Shown here: positions 9,401 through 23,799 of the stretch, in pieces
Layout of the letters: the number at the start of each line of letters is the position of its first letter
Position numbering within the stretch: the first letter of the stretch is position 1
Origin: an uncultured delta proteobacterium
GTDB lineage: Bacteria > Myxococcota_A > Polyangia > Fen-1088
Assembly: GCA_963767925.1 (NCBI GenBank)
Contig: CAVYGB010000009.1
Location: 224,001-288,000, forward strand
Direction of reading: 5' to 3'
Length of the DNA: 64,000 nucleotides
Program-made: the position numbers and the translations under genes
Notes under the pieces: model-generated
What the model was told of the DNA's origin: nothing
Database searches by the model: none
The model's input: only the letters and a program-made list of their open reading frames with translations

Positions 9401-11467
9401 GTGGAACATCGCTGGGACGACACGCAGGCGGTTGCCGGGGTGGGCGACGATCTGACGGCGCTCATCTATCTGTCGAACCTGGTGGGCGCCGACGCCGCCC
9501 TCACCCAGCCCGGCGGCGGCAACAGCTCGGTGAAGCTGCGCGAGCCCGACGCCGCCGGCCGCCTGGTCGACGTGCTGCGGGTCAAGGGCTCGGGCACCGA
9601 CCTCGCCACCATCGGCCGCGGCGGGTTCACCGGGCTGCGGATGAGCGAGCTGGCCGGCCTCGGCGACCGGGGCGAGCTGACCGACGAGGCGATGATGCGC
9701 TTCCTCCAGGCCGGGATGCTCGACGGGCGGGAGCCGGCCCCCTCGGTGGAGACGCCGCTGCACTCGGTGTTGCCCTACCGGTTCATCGTCCACACCCACG
9801 ACTTCGCCACCCAGGCGCTGACCGACACGCTTCGTCCCGAGGCGCAGGTGGCCGAGGCCCTCGCCGACGAGGTCGTGTACGTCGACTACGTCCGCCCCGG
9901 GTTCCCGCTGGCCCAGGCGGTGCTGCGCCTGGGGAAGCTGGCCGATCGCGCGCGCGGGCTGGTGCTGGGCCGCCACGGCCTCATCGCCTGGGGCGACTCG
10001 GCCCGAAACTGCTACGACAACCTGCACCGGCTCATCAACCGGGCCGAGGCCTTCGTTGGCGAGCGCAGCCGGGGCGGCCGTCCCTTCCGCAGCGCGACCG
10101 TGCCGCTGCTCCCCGAGCAACGGCAGGCCGCGGCCCGCACGGTCCTGCCGGTGCTGCGCGGCCTGCTGTCCCGGGGCGCCTCGGGGACCACCCGGCCGGT
10201 GGTCCTGCACCACGACGACTCGCCCGAGGCGCTGGCCTTCGTGGGCGACGCGCGCGCCGCCGAGCTGGCCCCCCGGGGGATGGCCACCCCCGAGCACATC
10301 CTGCGCTGCGGGCGCCTGCCCCTGCTGGTCCCCGCCGATCTCGCCGCCGCCTCGCCCGCCGAGATCGAGGGCCACCTCGCCGCCGCCCTCGACGGCTACG
10401 CCCGTGAGGCCCGGGCCACCTTCGATCGTCACAAGCCGGCGGTCGAGATGCTCGAGCCCACCCCGCGGGTGGTGCTGCTGCCCGGCCTGGGGCTGGTGAC
10501 GGCCATGAAGGACAAGGCCGGCGCGCGGGTCGGCAACCTCTGCTACCGGCACGTGGTGCGGGTGATGGAGGCGGCCGAGGCCCTGGGCGGCTTCCGCTTC
10601 CTCGACGAGGGCCAGGCCAGCGAGTTCGAGTACTGGCCGCTCGAGCTGCACAAGCTCAAGCAGCCGGGGCGCGAGCTGACCGGCCAGGTCGCCCTGGTCA
10701 CCGGCGCCGCCAGCGGCATCGGCCGGGCCATCGCCGAGCGGCTGGCCGCCGAGCAGGCCCACGTCGTCCTCACCGACGTGCGCGGCGAGGCGGTGCGCGA
10801 GGCGGCCGCCGCCATCGCCGCCACCTGCAAGGACCCCCACCGGGTGCGCGCGGTTGTCGCCGACGCCACCCGCGCCGCCGACGCCGCCGCCGCCGTGACG
10901 GAAGCCGTGCTCGCCTTCGGCGGGCTCGACATCCTGGTGGCCAACGCCGGCTTCATCGAGGCCGGGCCGATCGACACCATCAGCGAGGAGGCCTGGGACC
11001 GCCACTTCGAGGTCAACGTGAAGGGCTACTTTCTCGCCGTGCGCGAGGCGGTCAAGGTCATGAAGGCCCAGCGCAGCGGGGCCATCCTGCTGAACGCCTC
11101 GAAGGGCGCCTTCGCCCCCACCGTGGACAACGCCGCCTACGCCAGCTCCAAGGCGGCGGTGGCGGCCCTGTGCCGCAACCTCGCCGCCGAGCTCGGCCCC
11201 CACGGCATCCGGGTCAACGCCCTCAACGCCGACTTCGTCGACACCCCGCTGATGCGGGCCCTGATCGAGCAGCGGGCCGCCCACAAGGGCATCACCCCCG
11301 CCGCCCAGGAGGAGGAGTACCGCCGCCGCAACCTGCTCGGCGTGGGCCCCATCCCCAGCGCCGCCGTCGCCGAGGCGGCCCTCTTCCTGGTCTCGCCCCG
11401 CTCCCGTTACACCACCGGCGCCGCCTTCCCGATCGACGGCGGCATCAAGGAGGCCATGCCCCGCTGA
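9401..11467 (+). CDS. Bifunctional rhamnulose-1-phosphate aldolase / short-chain dehydrogenase
   Basis: Class II aldolase domain (GGGNSSVK, VKGSG.DL, PSVETPLH, HTH, EYWPLE) fused to an SDR domain (VTGAASGIG, NAG, YASSK). Confidence 0.88.
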   Translation: MEHRWDDTQAVAGVGDDLTALIYLSNLVGADAALTQPGGGNSSVKLREPDAAGRLVDVLRVKGSGTDLATIGRGGFTGLRMSELAGLGDRGELTDEAMMRFLQAGMLDGREPAPSVETPLHSVLPYRFIVHTHDFATQALTDTLRPEAQVAEALADEVVYVDYVRPGFPLAQAVLRLGKLADRARGLVLGRHGLIAWGDSARNCYDNLHRLINRAEAFVGERSRGGRPFRSATVPLLPEQRQAAARTVLPVLRGLLSRGASGTTRPVVLHHDDSPEALAFVGDARAAELAPRGMATPEHILRCGRLPLLVPADLAAASPAEIEGHLAAALDGYAREARATFDRHKPAVEMLEPTPRVVLLPGLGLVTAMKDKAGARVGNLCYRHVVRVMEAAEALGGFRFLDEGQASEFEYWPLELHKLKQPGRELTGQVALVTGAASGIGRAIAERLAAEQAHVVLTDVRGEAVREAAAAIAATCKDPHRVRAVVADATRAADAAAAVTEAVLAFGGLDILVANAGFIEAGPIDTISEEAWDRHFEVNVKGYFLAVREAVKVMKAQRSGAILLNASKGAFAPTVDNAAYASSKAAVAALCRNLAAELGPHGIRVNALNADFVDTPLMRALIEQRAAHKGITPAAQEEEYRRRNLLGVGPIPSAAVAEAALFLVSPRSRYTTGAAFPIDGGIKEAMPR

Positions 11468-11488
11468 GGGCCCGCGCCCCGCTGCCCG

Positions 11489-11531
11489 TTCGCCCTCGCC
11501 CCGCGCAGCAGCGAGGGGGTGAGGGGGCTCC
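11489..11531. repeat. REP-like palindrome, same family as 3621-3763
   Basis: TTCGCCCTCGCCCCGC...GGGGTGAGGGGGCTCC between convergent genes. Confidence 0.55.
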
Positions 11532-11558
11532 GCGAACCCCGTCGGGTGTTCTCGGCCC

Positions 11559-12371
11559 TCACTTCGTGGTGATCAGCTCGTCGGAGGTGGGGTTCTCTTC
11601 GACGTAGACGTCCTTGTACTCGTCGTACAGGCCGTTGTTGTGGATCTGGATGCAGAAGGGGCCCTTGGCGCCGACCAGGGCGGGGTCCTTGAAGGCGAGC
11701 ACCTCGATCGCCTGGCAGCTCGTCTTGCCCTCGATCTCGCAGCAGGCCGCCTTGAAGGATCCCTGCGAGCCCTTCACCAGGACCTCGCAGCGGTGCCACT
11801 TCGTGTCGTCGAACTTCGGGCGCGGATCCGGCCGCTGGTACAGCGTGGGGTTCTTCTTGGGATCGCCCCCCTGGCCGGTCTGCCGGTAGTCCCAGGCCCC
11901 GCCGTGGGGCGGCTGGAGCTGCACGCCGTACAGGCCGCGCGGGAACTTCGGCGCCGCCTCGTCGGGCTTCTTGCCCAGGAAGGTGACCGAGGGACGGTGG
12001 CCCTTGCCCGGATCGGCCCCGATCTGGCGCAGCGAGAAGAACAGCCGGTAGTCGCCGAGCTCCTCGCGCGTCCACAGGTGCGACCCGGGCCCGGTGCTGG
12101 CGATGGCCCCGTTCTTCACCACGAACGACCCGGGCTTCTCCATCGCCCAGCCGTCGAGGCTCTTGCCGTCGAACAGCGACCGGCAGTTCGTGCAGGCGGC
12201 CGGCGGGGGAACGGGAGGGGCGGGCGGCCCCGGCGGCGCCGCCGGCGGTGCCACCGCGGCCGCCATGGACGCCGGCTCGTTCGATCCACCGGCGGCCCCG
12301 TGGCCGCCGCAACCGGCAAAGGACGTCAGGACGACCGCGATCGAGAGCCGCGCTGGGAAGGAGGTGGGCAT
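11559..12371 (-). CDS. DUF1080 (3-keto-disaccharide hydrolase-like) lipoprotein
   Basis: FAGC lipobox, Pro-rich linker, SLFDGKSLDGW and G...IQ.H motifs. Confidence 0.75.
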   Translation of the reverse strand: MPTSFPARLSIAVVLTSFAGCGGHGAAGGSNEPASMAAAVAPPAAPPGPPAPPVPPPAACTNCRSLFDGKSLDGWAMEKPGSFVVKNGAIASTGPGSHLWTREELGDYRLFFSLRQIGADPGKGHRPSVTFLGKKPDEAAPKFPRGLYGVQLQPPHGGAWDYRQTGQGGDPKKNPTLYQRPDPRPKFDDTKWHRCEVLVKGSQGSFKAACCEIEGKTSCQAIEVLAFKDPALVGAKGPFCIQIHNNGLYDEYKDVYVEENPTSDELITTK

Positions 12372-12417
12372 CGCCCTCCTCTTAACATGCCCTCGACGCC
12401 GGGCGCCCCGGCACCAG

Positions 12418-12462
12418 CTTGAACGAACTGTGCAAGGCGCGGGTCTGGGCAATTCGTTCAAG
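12418..12462. promoter_or_regulatory. Inverted repeat, candidate enhancer-binding-protein site
   Basis: CTTGAACGAACTG-N19-CAATTCGTTCAAG (12/13 complementary), upstream of a sigma54-like promoter. Confidence 0.5.
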
Positions 12463-12511
12463 TGCTCCGCTCGACGCGGCCGGATCCCTGAACTTTTTTG
12501 GGCGCTGGCGC

Positions 12512-12528
12512 CTGGCACGCTGGTTGCC
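12512..12528 (+). promoter_or_regulatory. Putative sigma-54 (-24/-12) promoter
   Basis: CTGGCACGCTGGTTGCC compared with consensus YTGGCACGRNNNTTGCW. Confidence 0.65.
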
Positions 12529-12540
12529 GCCGGGAACCCC

Positions 12541-13407
12541 GTGATCCGCCCCGACCTCCGGCGACGCGGCCGGTCGCTGCTCCGCCTGCTGCTGGTCGTG
12601 CCGGTCGCGTCCATCGCCCTGTCGGGTTGCCAGCGCCGCCCGCCCGTCGAGCGGGCCGCGCTGCCCGCTGCCGCCGGGCCGGTCGCCCGCGCCACCAGCG
12701 CCGAGCCCGACCCTGGCTTCGTGGGCGTGGTTGTCGCCGGGGAGGCCGCCGAGATCGAGGCCCGCGTCGAGGGGCGCATCGAGGCGGTGTTCGTGCAGCC
12801 GGGCCAGACCGTCGTGCGCGGCGCCCCCATCGCTCGCCTCGATCACCAGGCCGCCACCCACGAGCTGGCCGCCGCCCGCGCCGCCCTGACCGACGCCTCC
12901 CGCCGCTACAGCCGGCGCCGCCGCCTGGCCCGGGTCAGCCGGGCCATCGCCGCCGAGGAGCTGGACGGCGTGCGCCGCGAGCTGCTGCAGGAGCGGGCCC
13001 GGGTCGCCCGCCTGCAGGAGGTGAAGGCCAACGCCCTCGTCACCGCCCCCTTCGACGGCACCGTCGTCTCCTGTTACCTGTCGGCCGGCGCGCTGGCTGG
13101 CCCCGGCCGCCCCATCGCCCGCCTGATGGGCCGGGCCGAGCCGCGCGTGCGCTTCGCCATCCCCGAGGAGCGCGCCGCCGCGGTCGCCCTCGGCAGCCCC
13201 GTCCACATCCGGGTGGTGCCCGGCGGGCGCACCCTCGCCGGGACCGTCTCGGGCGTCAGCCCCGAGGTCGACGCCTCCTCACGCATGATCTACGCCGCTG
13301 CCACCCTGGTCGATCCCGGCCCGCCGACCGCCGGCCTCACCACCGGCCTCGTGGCCCGGGTCTACCCCGCCGCCAGCGGGGGCCCCGTCCCCACCGCCCC
13401 TCGCTGA
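12541..13407 (+). CDS. Periplasmic adaptor (membrane fusion protein) lipoprotein; start uncertain
   Basis: LSGC lipobox; GRIEAVFVQPGQ.V..G..IARLD and APFDG.V motifs; SPEVD..SR. Confidence 0.75.
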   Translation: MIRPDLRRRGRSLLRLLLVVPVASIALSGCQRRPPVERAALPAAAGPVARATSAEPDPGFVGVVVAGEAAEIEARVEGRIEAVFVQPGQTVVRGAPIARLDHQAATHELAAARAALTDASRRYSRRRRLARVSRAIAAEELDGVRRELLQERARVARLQEVKANALVTAPFDGTVVSCYLSAGALAGPGRPIARLMGRAEPRVRFAIPEERAAAVALGSPVHIRVVPGGRTLAGTVSGVSPEVDASSRMIYAAATLVDPGPPTAGLTTGLVARVYPAASGGPVPTAPR

Positions 13408-13410
13408 GCC

Positions 13411-14364
13411 ATGCCCGAGCCGCACGCCGCCCCCGGTCTGTTCCGCCGCGACGCCTTGCAAGCCTTGCAGGACGGGGCCCAGGCCGGCGCCCCCCTGGCG
13501 CTGTCCCCGCGCTGGGCGACCTTCACCTACCGCTTCCTGGTCGGCGTCGCCGCCGCCGGCGTGGCCTACGTCGTGCTGGCCCAGGCCGGGGAATACGCCC
13601 AGGGCCCCGCGGTGGTGCGGGCCCAGGGCGGCCTCGATCTCGCCAGCGCCACCGGCGGGCTGGTGCTCGCGGTCGACGTGCCCGCCGGCGCGCGCGTGCA
13701 GGCCGGGCAGGTGCTCGTGCGCTTTCACGCCGATGCCGAGCGCCAGGAGATCGCCCGCCTCGACAACGAGTTCGAGCTGCAGCTCGTGCGCATCCTCCTG
13801 CACCCCGGGGAGGAGGCCACCCGCCAGTCGCTGGCCAGCCTGCGCGCCGCCCGCGGTCTGGCCAGCGCCCGCCTCGAGCAGCGCCAGCTCGTCGCGCCCC
13901 ACGCCGGCACCGTCCGCAACCTGCGCATCCGCCCCGGCCAGCACCTGGCCCCCGGCGAGCTGGCCCTCACCCTCGTCGACGAGACCGACGCCCCCTTCCG
14001 GGTGGTGGCGCTGCTGCCGGGGTCCTTCCGCCCGATGCTGCGCCCGGGCATGCCCCTGCGCTTCTCCCTCGACGGCTACCCCCAGGCCCGCAGCGAGCTG
14101 GTGGTCGACAGCGTCGGCGACGAGGCGGTGGGGCCGCAGGAGGTGCGGCGCTACCTGGGCCACGAGCTCGGCGACACCCTGGCGGTGACCGGCTCGCTGG
14201 TGCTGGTCCACGCCCACCTGCCCGAGCGCACCTTCGACTTCGAGGGGCAGCGCTACCGTTATTACGACGGGATCCCCGGGCGGGCCGACGTGCGCGTGCG
14301 GACCATGCGCCTCGTGTCGATGTTGTTCCCGGGGCTGCGCGAGCTGGTGCACCGTGGCCCCTGA
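13411..14364 (+). CDS. HlyD-family secretion adaptor
   Basis: N-terminal LFR..AL, one transmembrane helix, biotinyl-lipoyl-like halves (V.AG..V.AGQVL; APHAG.V). Confidence 0.8.
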   Translation: MPEPHAAPGLFRRDALQALQDGAQAGAPLALSPRWATFTYRFLVGVAAAGVAYVVLAQAGEYAQGPAVVRAQGGLDLASATGGLVLAVDVPAGARVQAGQVLVRFHADAERQEIARLDNEFELQLVRILLHPGEEATRQSLASLRAARGLASARLEQRQLVAPHAGTVRNLRIRPGQHLAPGELALTLVDETDAPFRVVALLPGSFRPMLRPGMPLRFSLDGYPQARSELVVDSVGDEAVGPQEVRRYLGHELGDTLAVTGSLVLVHAHLPERTFDFEGQRYRYYDGIPGRADVRVRTMRLVSMLFPGLRELVHRGP

Positions 14365-16582
14365 ACGTTTCGCCGCCCTCGGCCGGCTGGGGCGGCTGGG
14401 GCGCGAGGTCCCCTTCGTCCCCCAGCTCAACGCCATGGAGTGCGGCGCCGCCTGCCTGGCCATGGTGCTCGGCTACCACGGCAAGGAGGTCAGCCTCGAG
14501 CAGGTGCGCGACAACTGCCCGGGCGGCCGCGACGGCGTGCGGGCCCGCGACCTGCTCGACGTGGGCGGCCGCTTCGGCCTGAGCGGCCGGGCGGTGAAGG
14601 CCGATCTCGACCAGCTCGCCCTGCTGCCCGCCGGCTCGACGATCTTGCACTGGCAGTTCGAGCACTTCGTCGTGCTGGCCTCGGTCGACCAGCGGGGGGT
14701 GGAGATCGTCGACCCGGCCAGCGGCCGGCGGCGCATCCCCCGGGACGAGCTGAGCCGGTCCTTCACCGGCGTGGCGCTGACCTTCACCCCCACCGATCTG
14801 TTCACCCGCGAGAAGCGGCGGGGACGGCTGGGGACGGCGCTGTGGCAGCTCGTGCGGCAGACCGGCCTGTTGCAGCGGATCTTGCTGCTGTCGCTGGTGC
14901 TGCAGCTCTTCGGGCTGGCCCTGCCGATCTTGACCGGGCAGGTGATCGACCGGGTGTTGCCCCGGGGCGACGTCGACCTGCTGGCGGTGTTGCTGGCCGG
15001 CCTGGCCATGCTTGTCGTGTTCCGCACCCTGGGCGACTTCCTGCGCGGCCACCTGCTGCTGCACCTGCGCAGCGCCGTCGACGCCCGCCTCACCCTCGGC
15101 TTTCTCGATCACCTGGTCTCGCTCCCCTACGGCTTCTTCCAGCTCCGCAGCGCCGGCGATCTCATGATGCGCCTGCACAGCAACACCCTCGTGCGCGAGC
15201 AGCTCACCGCCACCGCGCTGTCCGGCCTGCTCGACGGGGGGGCGGTCATCGTGTACCTGGCCATCCTCGCCACCGGCAACCGGGCCATGGCGGCGGTGGC
15301 CCTGGGGGCGGCGCTGGTCGAGGTCCTGGTCTTCCTGCTGGTGCGGCGGCGCCAGCGCGACCTGGCCACCGCCGTGCTCAACGTCGAGGCCCGCGCCCAG
15401 AGCTACGAGGTCGAGATGTTGACCGCCATGGAGACGCTCAAGGCCAGCGGCAGCGAGCCGCGCGCGGTGGCCCACTGGTCCAACCTCTACGTCGACCAGC
15501 TCAACCGCCAGATCGCCCGCGACCGGCTCACCATCGGCGTGAGCTCGCTGGTGGGCGCCGTGCGCCTGGCCGGGCCGCTGCTGGTGCTGGCGGTGGGCGC
15601 CGGCGAGGTCCTCGGCGGGCGGCTCACCCTCGGCGGCATGCTGGCCCTGGCGGCGGTGGCCGGCGGCTTTCTCGAGCCGCTGTCCGAGCTGGTGCAGACC
15701 CTGCTCGGCCTCGAGACGGTGCGGGCCTACCTGCACCGGGTCAACGACGTCCTGGAGGCGGAGCCCGAGCAGCCCGGCGACGGCCAGCCCCGCCGCCCGG
15801 CCCCCCGCCTGACCGGCCAGATCACCCTCGAGCGGGTCTCCTTCCGCTACGGTCCCCACGGCCCCCCCGAGCTGGAGGACGTGTCGCTGGAGATCCCGGC
15901 GGGCAAGCTGGTGGCCATCGTGGGCCCCTCCGGATCGGGCAAGACCACCCTGGCCCACCTGCTGCTGGGGCTGCACCGCCCGCTGGCCGGGCGGGTCCTG
16001 TTCGACGGGCTCGACCTCGCCACCCTCGACCTGCGCTCGCTGCGCCAGCAGATCGGGGTGGTCAACCAGAGCTTCGCCCTGTTCGGCGCCACCGTGCGCG
16101 ACAACATCAGCCTGTCGGACCCCGGCCTGCCGCTCGAGGCGATCGAGGCGGCCGCCCGCCGGGCCTGCGTGCACGAGGAGATCGCCGGCCTGCCGCTCGG
16201 GTACCAGACCCCCTTGCTCGACCGGGGCGCGGGCCTGTCGGGCGGGCAGCGGCAGCGGGTGGCCCTGGCCCGGGCCCTGGTCCAGCGCCCGGCGGTGCTG
16301 CTGCTCGACGAGGCCACCAGCGCCCTCGACGCCGTGACCGAACGCCGGGTGCACGCCTCGCTGGAGGCGCTGGCCTGCACCCGCGTCGTCATCGCCCACC
16401 GGCTCTCGACCGTGAAGCGCGCCGACCTGATCCTGGTCATGGAGCGCGGGCGCATCGTCGAGTCGGGCACCCACCGCGGCCTGGTCAATCAGGCCGGTCC
16501 CTACGCCCGCCTCGTCGCCGCCCAGCTCGCCAGCAAGGACGAGGGCGACGCCCTCTCCATCCCGCCCCTCAGCGCCCTGTGA
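14354..16582 (+). CDS. Peptidase C39 domain-containing ABC transporter (PCAT)
   Basis: Q...ECGAACLAM, HW...HFVVL; TM domain; Walker A GPSGSGKT, signature LSGGQRQR, Walker B LLLDEATS. Confidence 0.93.
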   Translation: MAPERFAALGRLGRLGREVPFVPQLNAMECGAACLAMVLGYHGKEVSLEQVRDNCPGGRDGVRARDLLDVGGRFGLSGRAVKADLDQLALLPAGSTILHWQFEHFVVLASVDQRGVEIVDPASGRRRIPRDELSRSFTGVALTFTPTDLFTREKRRGRLGTALWQLVRQTGLLQRILLLSLVLQLFGLALPILTGQVIDRVLPRGDVDLLAVLLAGLAMLVVFRTLGDFLRGHLLLHLRSAVDARLTLGFLDHLVSLPYGFFQLRSAGDLMMRLHSNTLVREQLTATALSGLLDGGAVIVYLAILATGNRAMAAVALGAALVEVLVFLLVRRRQRDLATAVLNVEARAQSYEVEMLTAMETLKASGSEPRAVAHWSNLYVDQLNRQIARDRLTIGVSSLVGAVRLAGPLLVLAVGAGEVLGGRLTLGGMLALAAVAGGFLEPLSELVQTLLGLETVRAYLHRVNDVLEAEPEQPGDGQPRRPAPRLTGQITLERVSFRYGPHGPPELEDVSLEIPAGKLVAIVGPSGSGKTTLAHLLLGLHRPLAGRVLFDGLDLATLDLRSLRQQIGVVNQSFALFGATVRDNISLSDPGLPLEAIEAAARRACVHEEIAGLPLGYQTPLLDRGAGLSGGQRQRVALARALVQRPAVLLLDEATSALDAVTERRVHASLEALACTRVVIAHRLSTVKRADLILVMERGRIVESGTHRGLVNQAGPYARLVAAQLASKDEGDALSIPPLSAL

Positions 16583-16587
16583 GCCGC

Positions 16588-17163
16588 TCAGAGGCCGTCG
16601 AACAGGCCGGCCAGCAGCTCGACGACCGTGCCTGCCGCCGAGCCGATCCCCTCCAGGGCGGCGGCGCCGTCGGGCAAGAGGCTGAGCGGGTCCAGGTTCG
16701 AGACGTCCAGCCACGACCTGGAGGTCCCCCGGGCCGCGATGGGGGGGACGCCGGACGCGCCCTTCTGCCGCCGGATCGCCACCAGGGCGCCGAGCTCGCC
16801 GGCGTCGAGCCAGACCGCGCGGCAGGACCGGCAGACGTCGATGGTCAGCGCCTCGACGGTTACCCGCTCCATCGCCGCCGCGCAGGCCGCGCAGGCGATG
16901 AGCTGGCTCGCGCACTTCGAGCAGGCGCCGCCGGGCGCGAGGATGGCCCGGCAGCCGCGGCAGCGGGGCGCCGCTTTCCCCACCTGCAAGATGTGGTGGC
17001 CGAACCCGTGGGTGTGTCCCGCCTGGGCCACCGCCTCGAGCCCGGCGAAAACGCCCAGGCAGGCGCGGCACGACCAGATCGCCGCCGGGCCGCTGGTCCC
17101 GACGGGGGCCAGCCGGCCGCCGCCACACCCCGGGCAGGGCGGACGTGCCCGGGGATCAAGCAC
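16588..17163 (-). CDS. Multi-zinc-ribbon (zf-TFIIB-like) protein
   Basis: Several CxxC pairs; IDVC.SC..VWLDAGEL motif. Confidence 0.7.
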   Translation of the reverse strand: MLDPRARPPCPGCGGGRLAPVGTSGPAAIWSCRACLGVFAGLEAVAQAGHTHGFGHHILQVGKAAPRCRGCRAILAPGGACSKCASQLIACAACAAAMERVTVEALTIDVCRSCRAVWLDAGELGALVAIRRQKGASGVPPIAARGTSRSWLDVSNLDPLSLLPDGAAALEGIGSAAGTVVELLAGLFDGL

Positions 17164-17226
17164 CGTTCGCCCCCCGCGCCGCGCCCGACCGCTCCATCCT
17201 CACTACAAGGATAGCTCCCGCGGGCG

Positions 17227-17853
17227 TCAGCGCACGATGGTGGCCGACTTGACCGCGTCGAGGGCGGGGAACTCGCGCTCGAGGTAGACGTTTCCGTCGG
17301 CCTCTATCCACTCCTGGTCGGGCCCCGCGCCTTCGGGCGGTCCTTCTCCGTACCCGTTGTGGAGGCGGTCGACAACGTCCATCCCCGAGACGACCTTGCC
17401 GAACGGGGAGAAGCCGCTGGCGTCGAGGCGCTTGTTGTCGACCAGGTTGACGAAGACCTGGGTGGTGCGCGTGTCGGGCCCGGAGGTGGCGAAGCTGACG
17501 AAGCTGCGCAGGTTGGCCTGCTCGACCGGGTCGTCGGGGATGCGGGCCTCGACCCAGCGCTTGCTCACCGCCGGCTGCCCGTGGATCCCGAACTGGACCA
17601 TGAAGCCCTTGATGGCCCGGAAGAACTTCACCCCGTCGTAAAAGCCCGCCCCCACCAGGTTGTAGAAGCGATCCGCCCCGTGCGGCGCCCAGGCCCGCTG
17701 GACCTCGATGACGAAGGTGCCCTTGGTCGTGGCAAAGCGCGCCTGGAACACCGGCGGGGCCTGCGCGGTGAGCTTGCCCGGCTCGCGCAAAGGCGAGGAC
17801 GACCCCGCACAGCCGAGCGCCAGGGCCGTCAGCACCATGAGCAGCGTGCGCAT
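17227..17853 (-). CDS. Cyclophilin-type peptidyl-prolyl isomerase, lipoprotein
   Basis: ALGC lipobox; TTKG.F, FFR.I.GFMVQFG and RTTQVFVN motifs. Confidence 0.9.
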   Translation of the reverse strand: MRTLLMVLTALALGCAGSSSPLREPGKLTAQAPPVFQARFATTKGTFVIEVQRAWAPHGADRFYNLVGAGFYDGVKFFRAIKGFMVQFGIHGQPAVSKRWVEARIPDDPVEQANLRSFVSFATSGPDTRTTQVFVNLVDNKRLDASGFSPFGKVVSGMDVVDRLHNGYGEGPPEGAGPDQEWIEADGNVYLEREFPALDAVKSATIVR

Positions 17854-18168
17854 GGCGGATACCATCGCACACCGGTCCGGCGCAGGGCCACCCCTCTCGC
17901 GTCAGGCAAGGCGCGGCTCCCGCCGGCGGCGGCCGCGCGCGCCGGCTCGGGGTACCCCCTGCCGGCGCTCGGGGACCCGCCCCCACATGCGCGGAAGCGG
18001 GCGACACCCGCTCTAGACATCCGCCGCGAGCGGCGCTCGAACCGGCCGGCGCCTCGCTCGGGACTGCCCTGGGCGCGCGCGATCGCGGTAAGATCGAGAC
18101 GGCCGCAGCGACGGTCGGTCGCCTGGGCAGCGCTTCAACATCCAGCCCGTGGGAGGGACGTGACGGAC

Positions 18169-22232
<4,064 letters not shown>

Positions 22233-22236
<4 letters not shown>

Positions 22237-22625
22237 AGCGCATCCTGCTGGTCGAGGACAACTTCGCCAACCGCATATTGATCGGCGACCACCTGCGACG
22301 GGTGGGCCACGAGGTCCGCGAGGTCGAGACCGCCGACGAGGGCATCGCCCTGGCCCTCGCCGAGCCCTTCGACCTGGTCGTCATGGACGTCCAGCTCCCC
22401 GGCACCGACGGCCTCACCGCCACCCGCCTCCTGCGCGCCAACCCGACCACGAAGACCCTCCCCATCCTCGCCGTCACCGCCCACGCGATGCGCGGCGACG
22501 AGCAACGCATCCTGGCCGCCGGCTGCAACGGCTACGCGGCCAAACCCATCGCCTACAAAGAATTCCTCGCCCAGGTCAGCCAGCTCCTGACGGCGGCGAC
22601 CCCTGCCGGCGAACCCCGCCCGTAG
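22233..22625 (+). CDS. Single-domain response regulator (DivK-like)
   Basis: ATGA overlap; ILLVED, MDVQLPG.DG, AVTAHAM and KP motifs. Confidence 0.9.
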
Positions 22626-22748
22626 CGCCACCGCGCGCGGCGAGCACGTGCCGCCTTTTGCACGGAGACGGGGCCTGAGGATGTCGCCTCGCGTCCAGGG
22701 TAAGCAAGTATCCGAGTAGCTGTGGGGCGGTCGGGTCACTGGATTGAC

Positions 22749-23702
22749 ATGAAAATACGATCACTTCGTCAATTCCTGCCCGAGGTGCTCAAGTCGGAGT
22801 GGTCCTCGCTCCGCGGGGCGGCCGCCGTGGCGACTCTGGGCGCCGCGATGTTCGTAGTCGCCTGCGTCCCGCAAGACAGCCGGAACTCCAACCAGGGCCC
22901 GGCCCCGCTGCCCCCGGTGGTCTATCCGCCGAGCCCGCCGGCGCCGGCCCCCGCCCCGACCCCCGCGCCCCCTCCGGCGCCTGCCCCGTCCGGCGCGCCC
23001 GTGGCGCCGCCGGCCGCCCCCCCGGGCAGTCCTCCGGTCGTGGCCCCGCCCGCCGCGCCTCCGGCCCAGATCCCGAACTCGGCCGAGGTGACCCTCGTCG
23101 TGGGCGACGAGGACGAGCTCAGCCAGGGCGACGAGGAGCTGAGCGACCTGCTCGAGGATCTCGGCTTCGACGTCAACGAGGTCGCCGATGACGAGGACAG
23201 CGACGAGGCCGAGGACTCCGACCTGGTCGTGATCTCCGGCAGCGTCTCCGCCGGCCAGCTCGAGGACGAATACAGCAACTTCCCGGTCCCCGTCTTGCTG
23301 CTCGACAGCGGGCTCACCGGCGACATGGGCATGACGACCGACGGGCTCGGGGACTCCGGCCAGGACGGCGCCGAGGAGGTGGACATCACCCTCGCCAGCC
23401 ACCCGATCGCCACCGGGTTCAACGGCCGGGTCGAGGTCGTGGACGACCGCGCCCAGCTCCAGTGGGGCATCGCGCCGGCCGGCGCCCAGGTGATCGCCAG
23501 CCTCGCGGGCGACCCGGCCCGGGCCACCATCTTCGCCTTCAACCGGGGCGACCAGATGGCGAGAGGGCAGGCGCCCGAGCGCCGCGTGTCCTTCTTCGCC
23601 GGCGACGCCGCGGCGGAAGACCTGAGCGACGACGGCGAGCAGCTCTTCGAGAACGCCGCGCTCTGGGCCTGGTCCGGCCAGGTGGCCGTCCAGCCCGACT
23701 GA
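22749..23702 (+). CDS. Acidic lipoprotein with Pro-rich linker, function unknown
   Basis: VVAC lipobox, about 60-aa Pro/Ala linker, Asp/Glu-rich globular domain. Confidence 0.65.
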   Translation: MKIRSLRQFLPEVLKSEWSSLRGAAAVATLGAAMFVVACVPQDSRNSNQGPAPLPPVVYPPSPPAPAPAPTPAPPPAPAPSGAPVAPPAAPPGSPPVVAPPAAPPAQIPNSAEVTLVVGDEDELSQGDEELSDLLEDLGFDVNEVADDEDSDEAEDSDLVVISGSVSAGQLEDEYSNFPVPVLLLDSGLTGDMGMTTDGLGDSGQDGAEEVDITLASHPIATGFNGRVEVVDDRAQLQWGIAPAGAQVIASLAGDPARATIFAFNRGDQMARGQAPERRVSFFAGDAAAEDLSDDGEQLFENAALWAWSGQVAVQPD

Positions 23703-23799
23703 CCGCCGCTCCTATCAGCGTCCGTCACCCTCCGACCGGGCCCGGCCTCGGCTTTTCAGCCAAGGTTCGGCCCGGTCGAGTTATTTTGCGCCCCAGGAC

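Noticed and set aside
17227..17853. Cyclophilin as part of the collagen system
   Set aside because: It is about 25 kb away in an unrelated context with no evidence of linkage.
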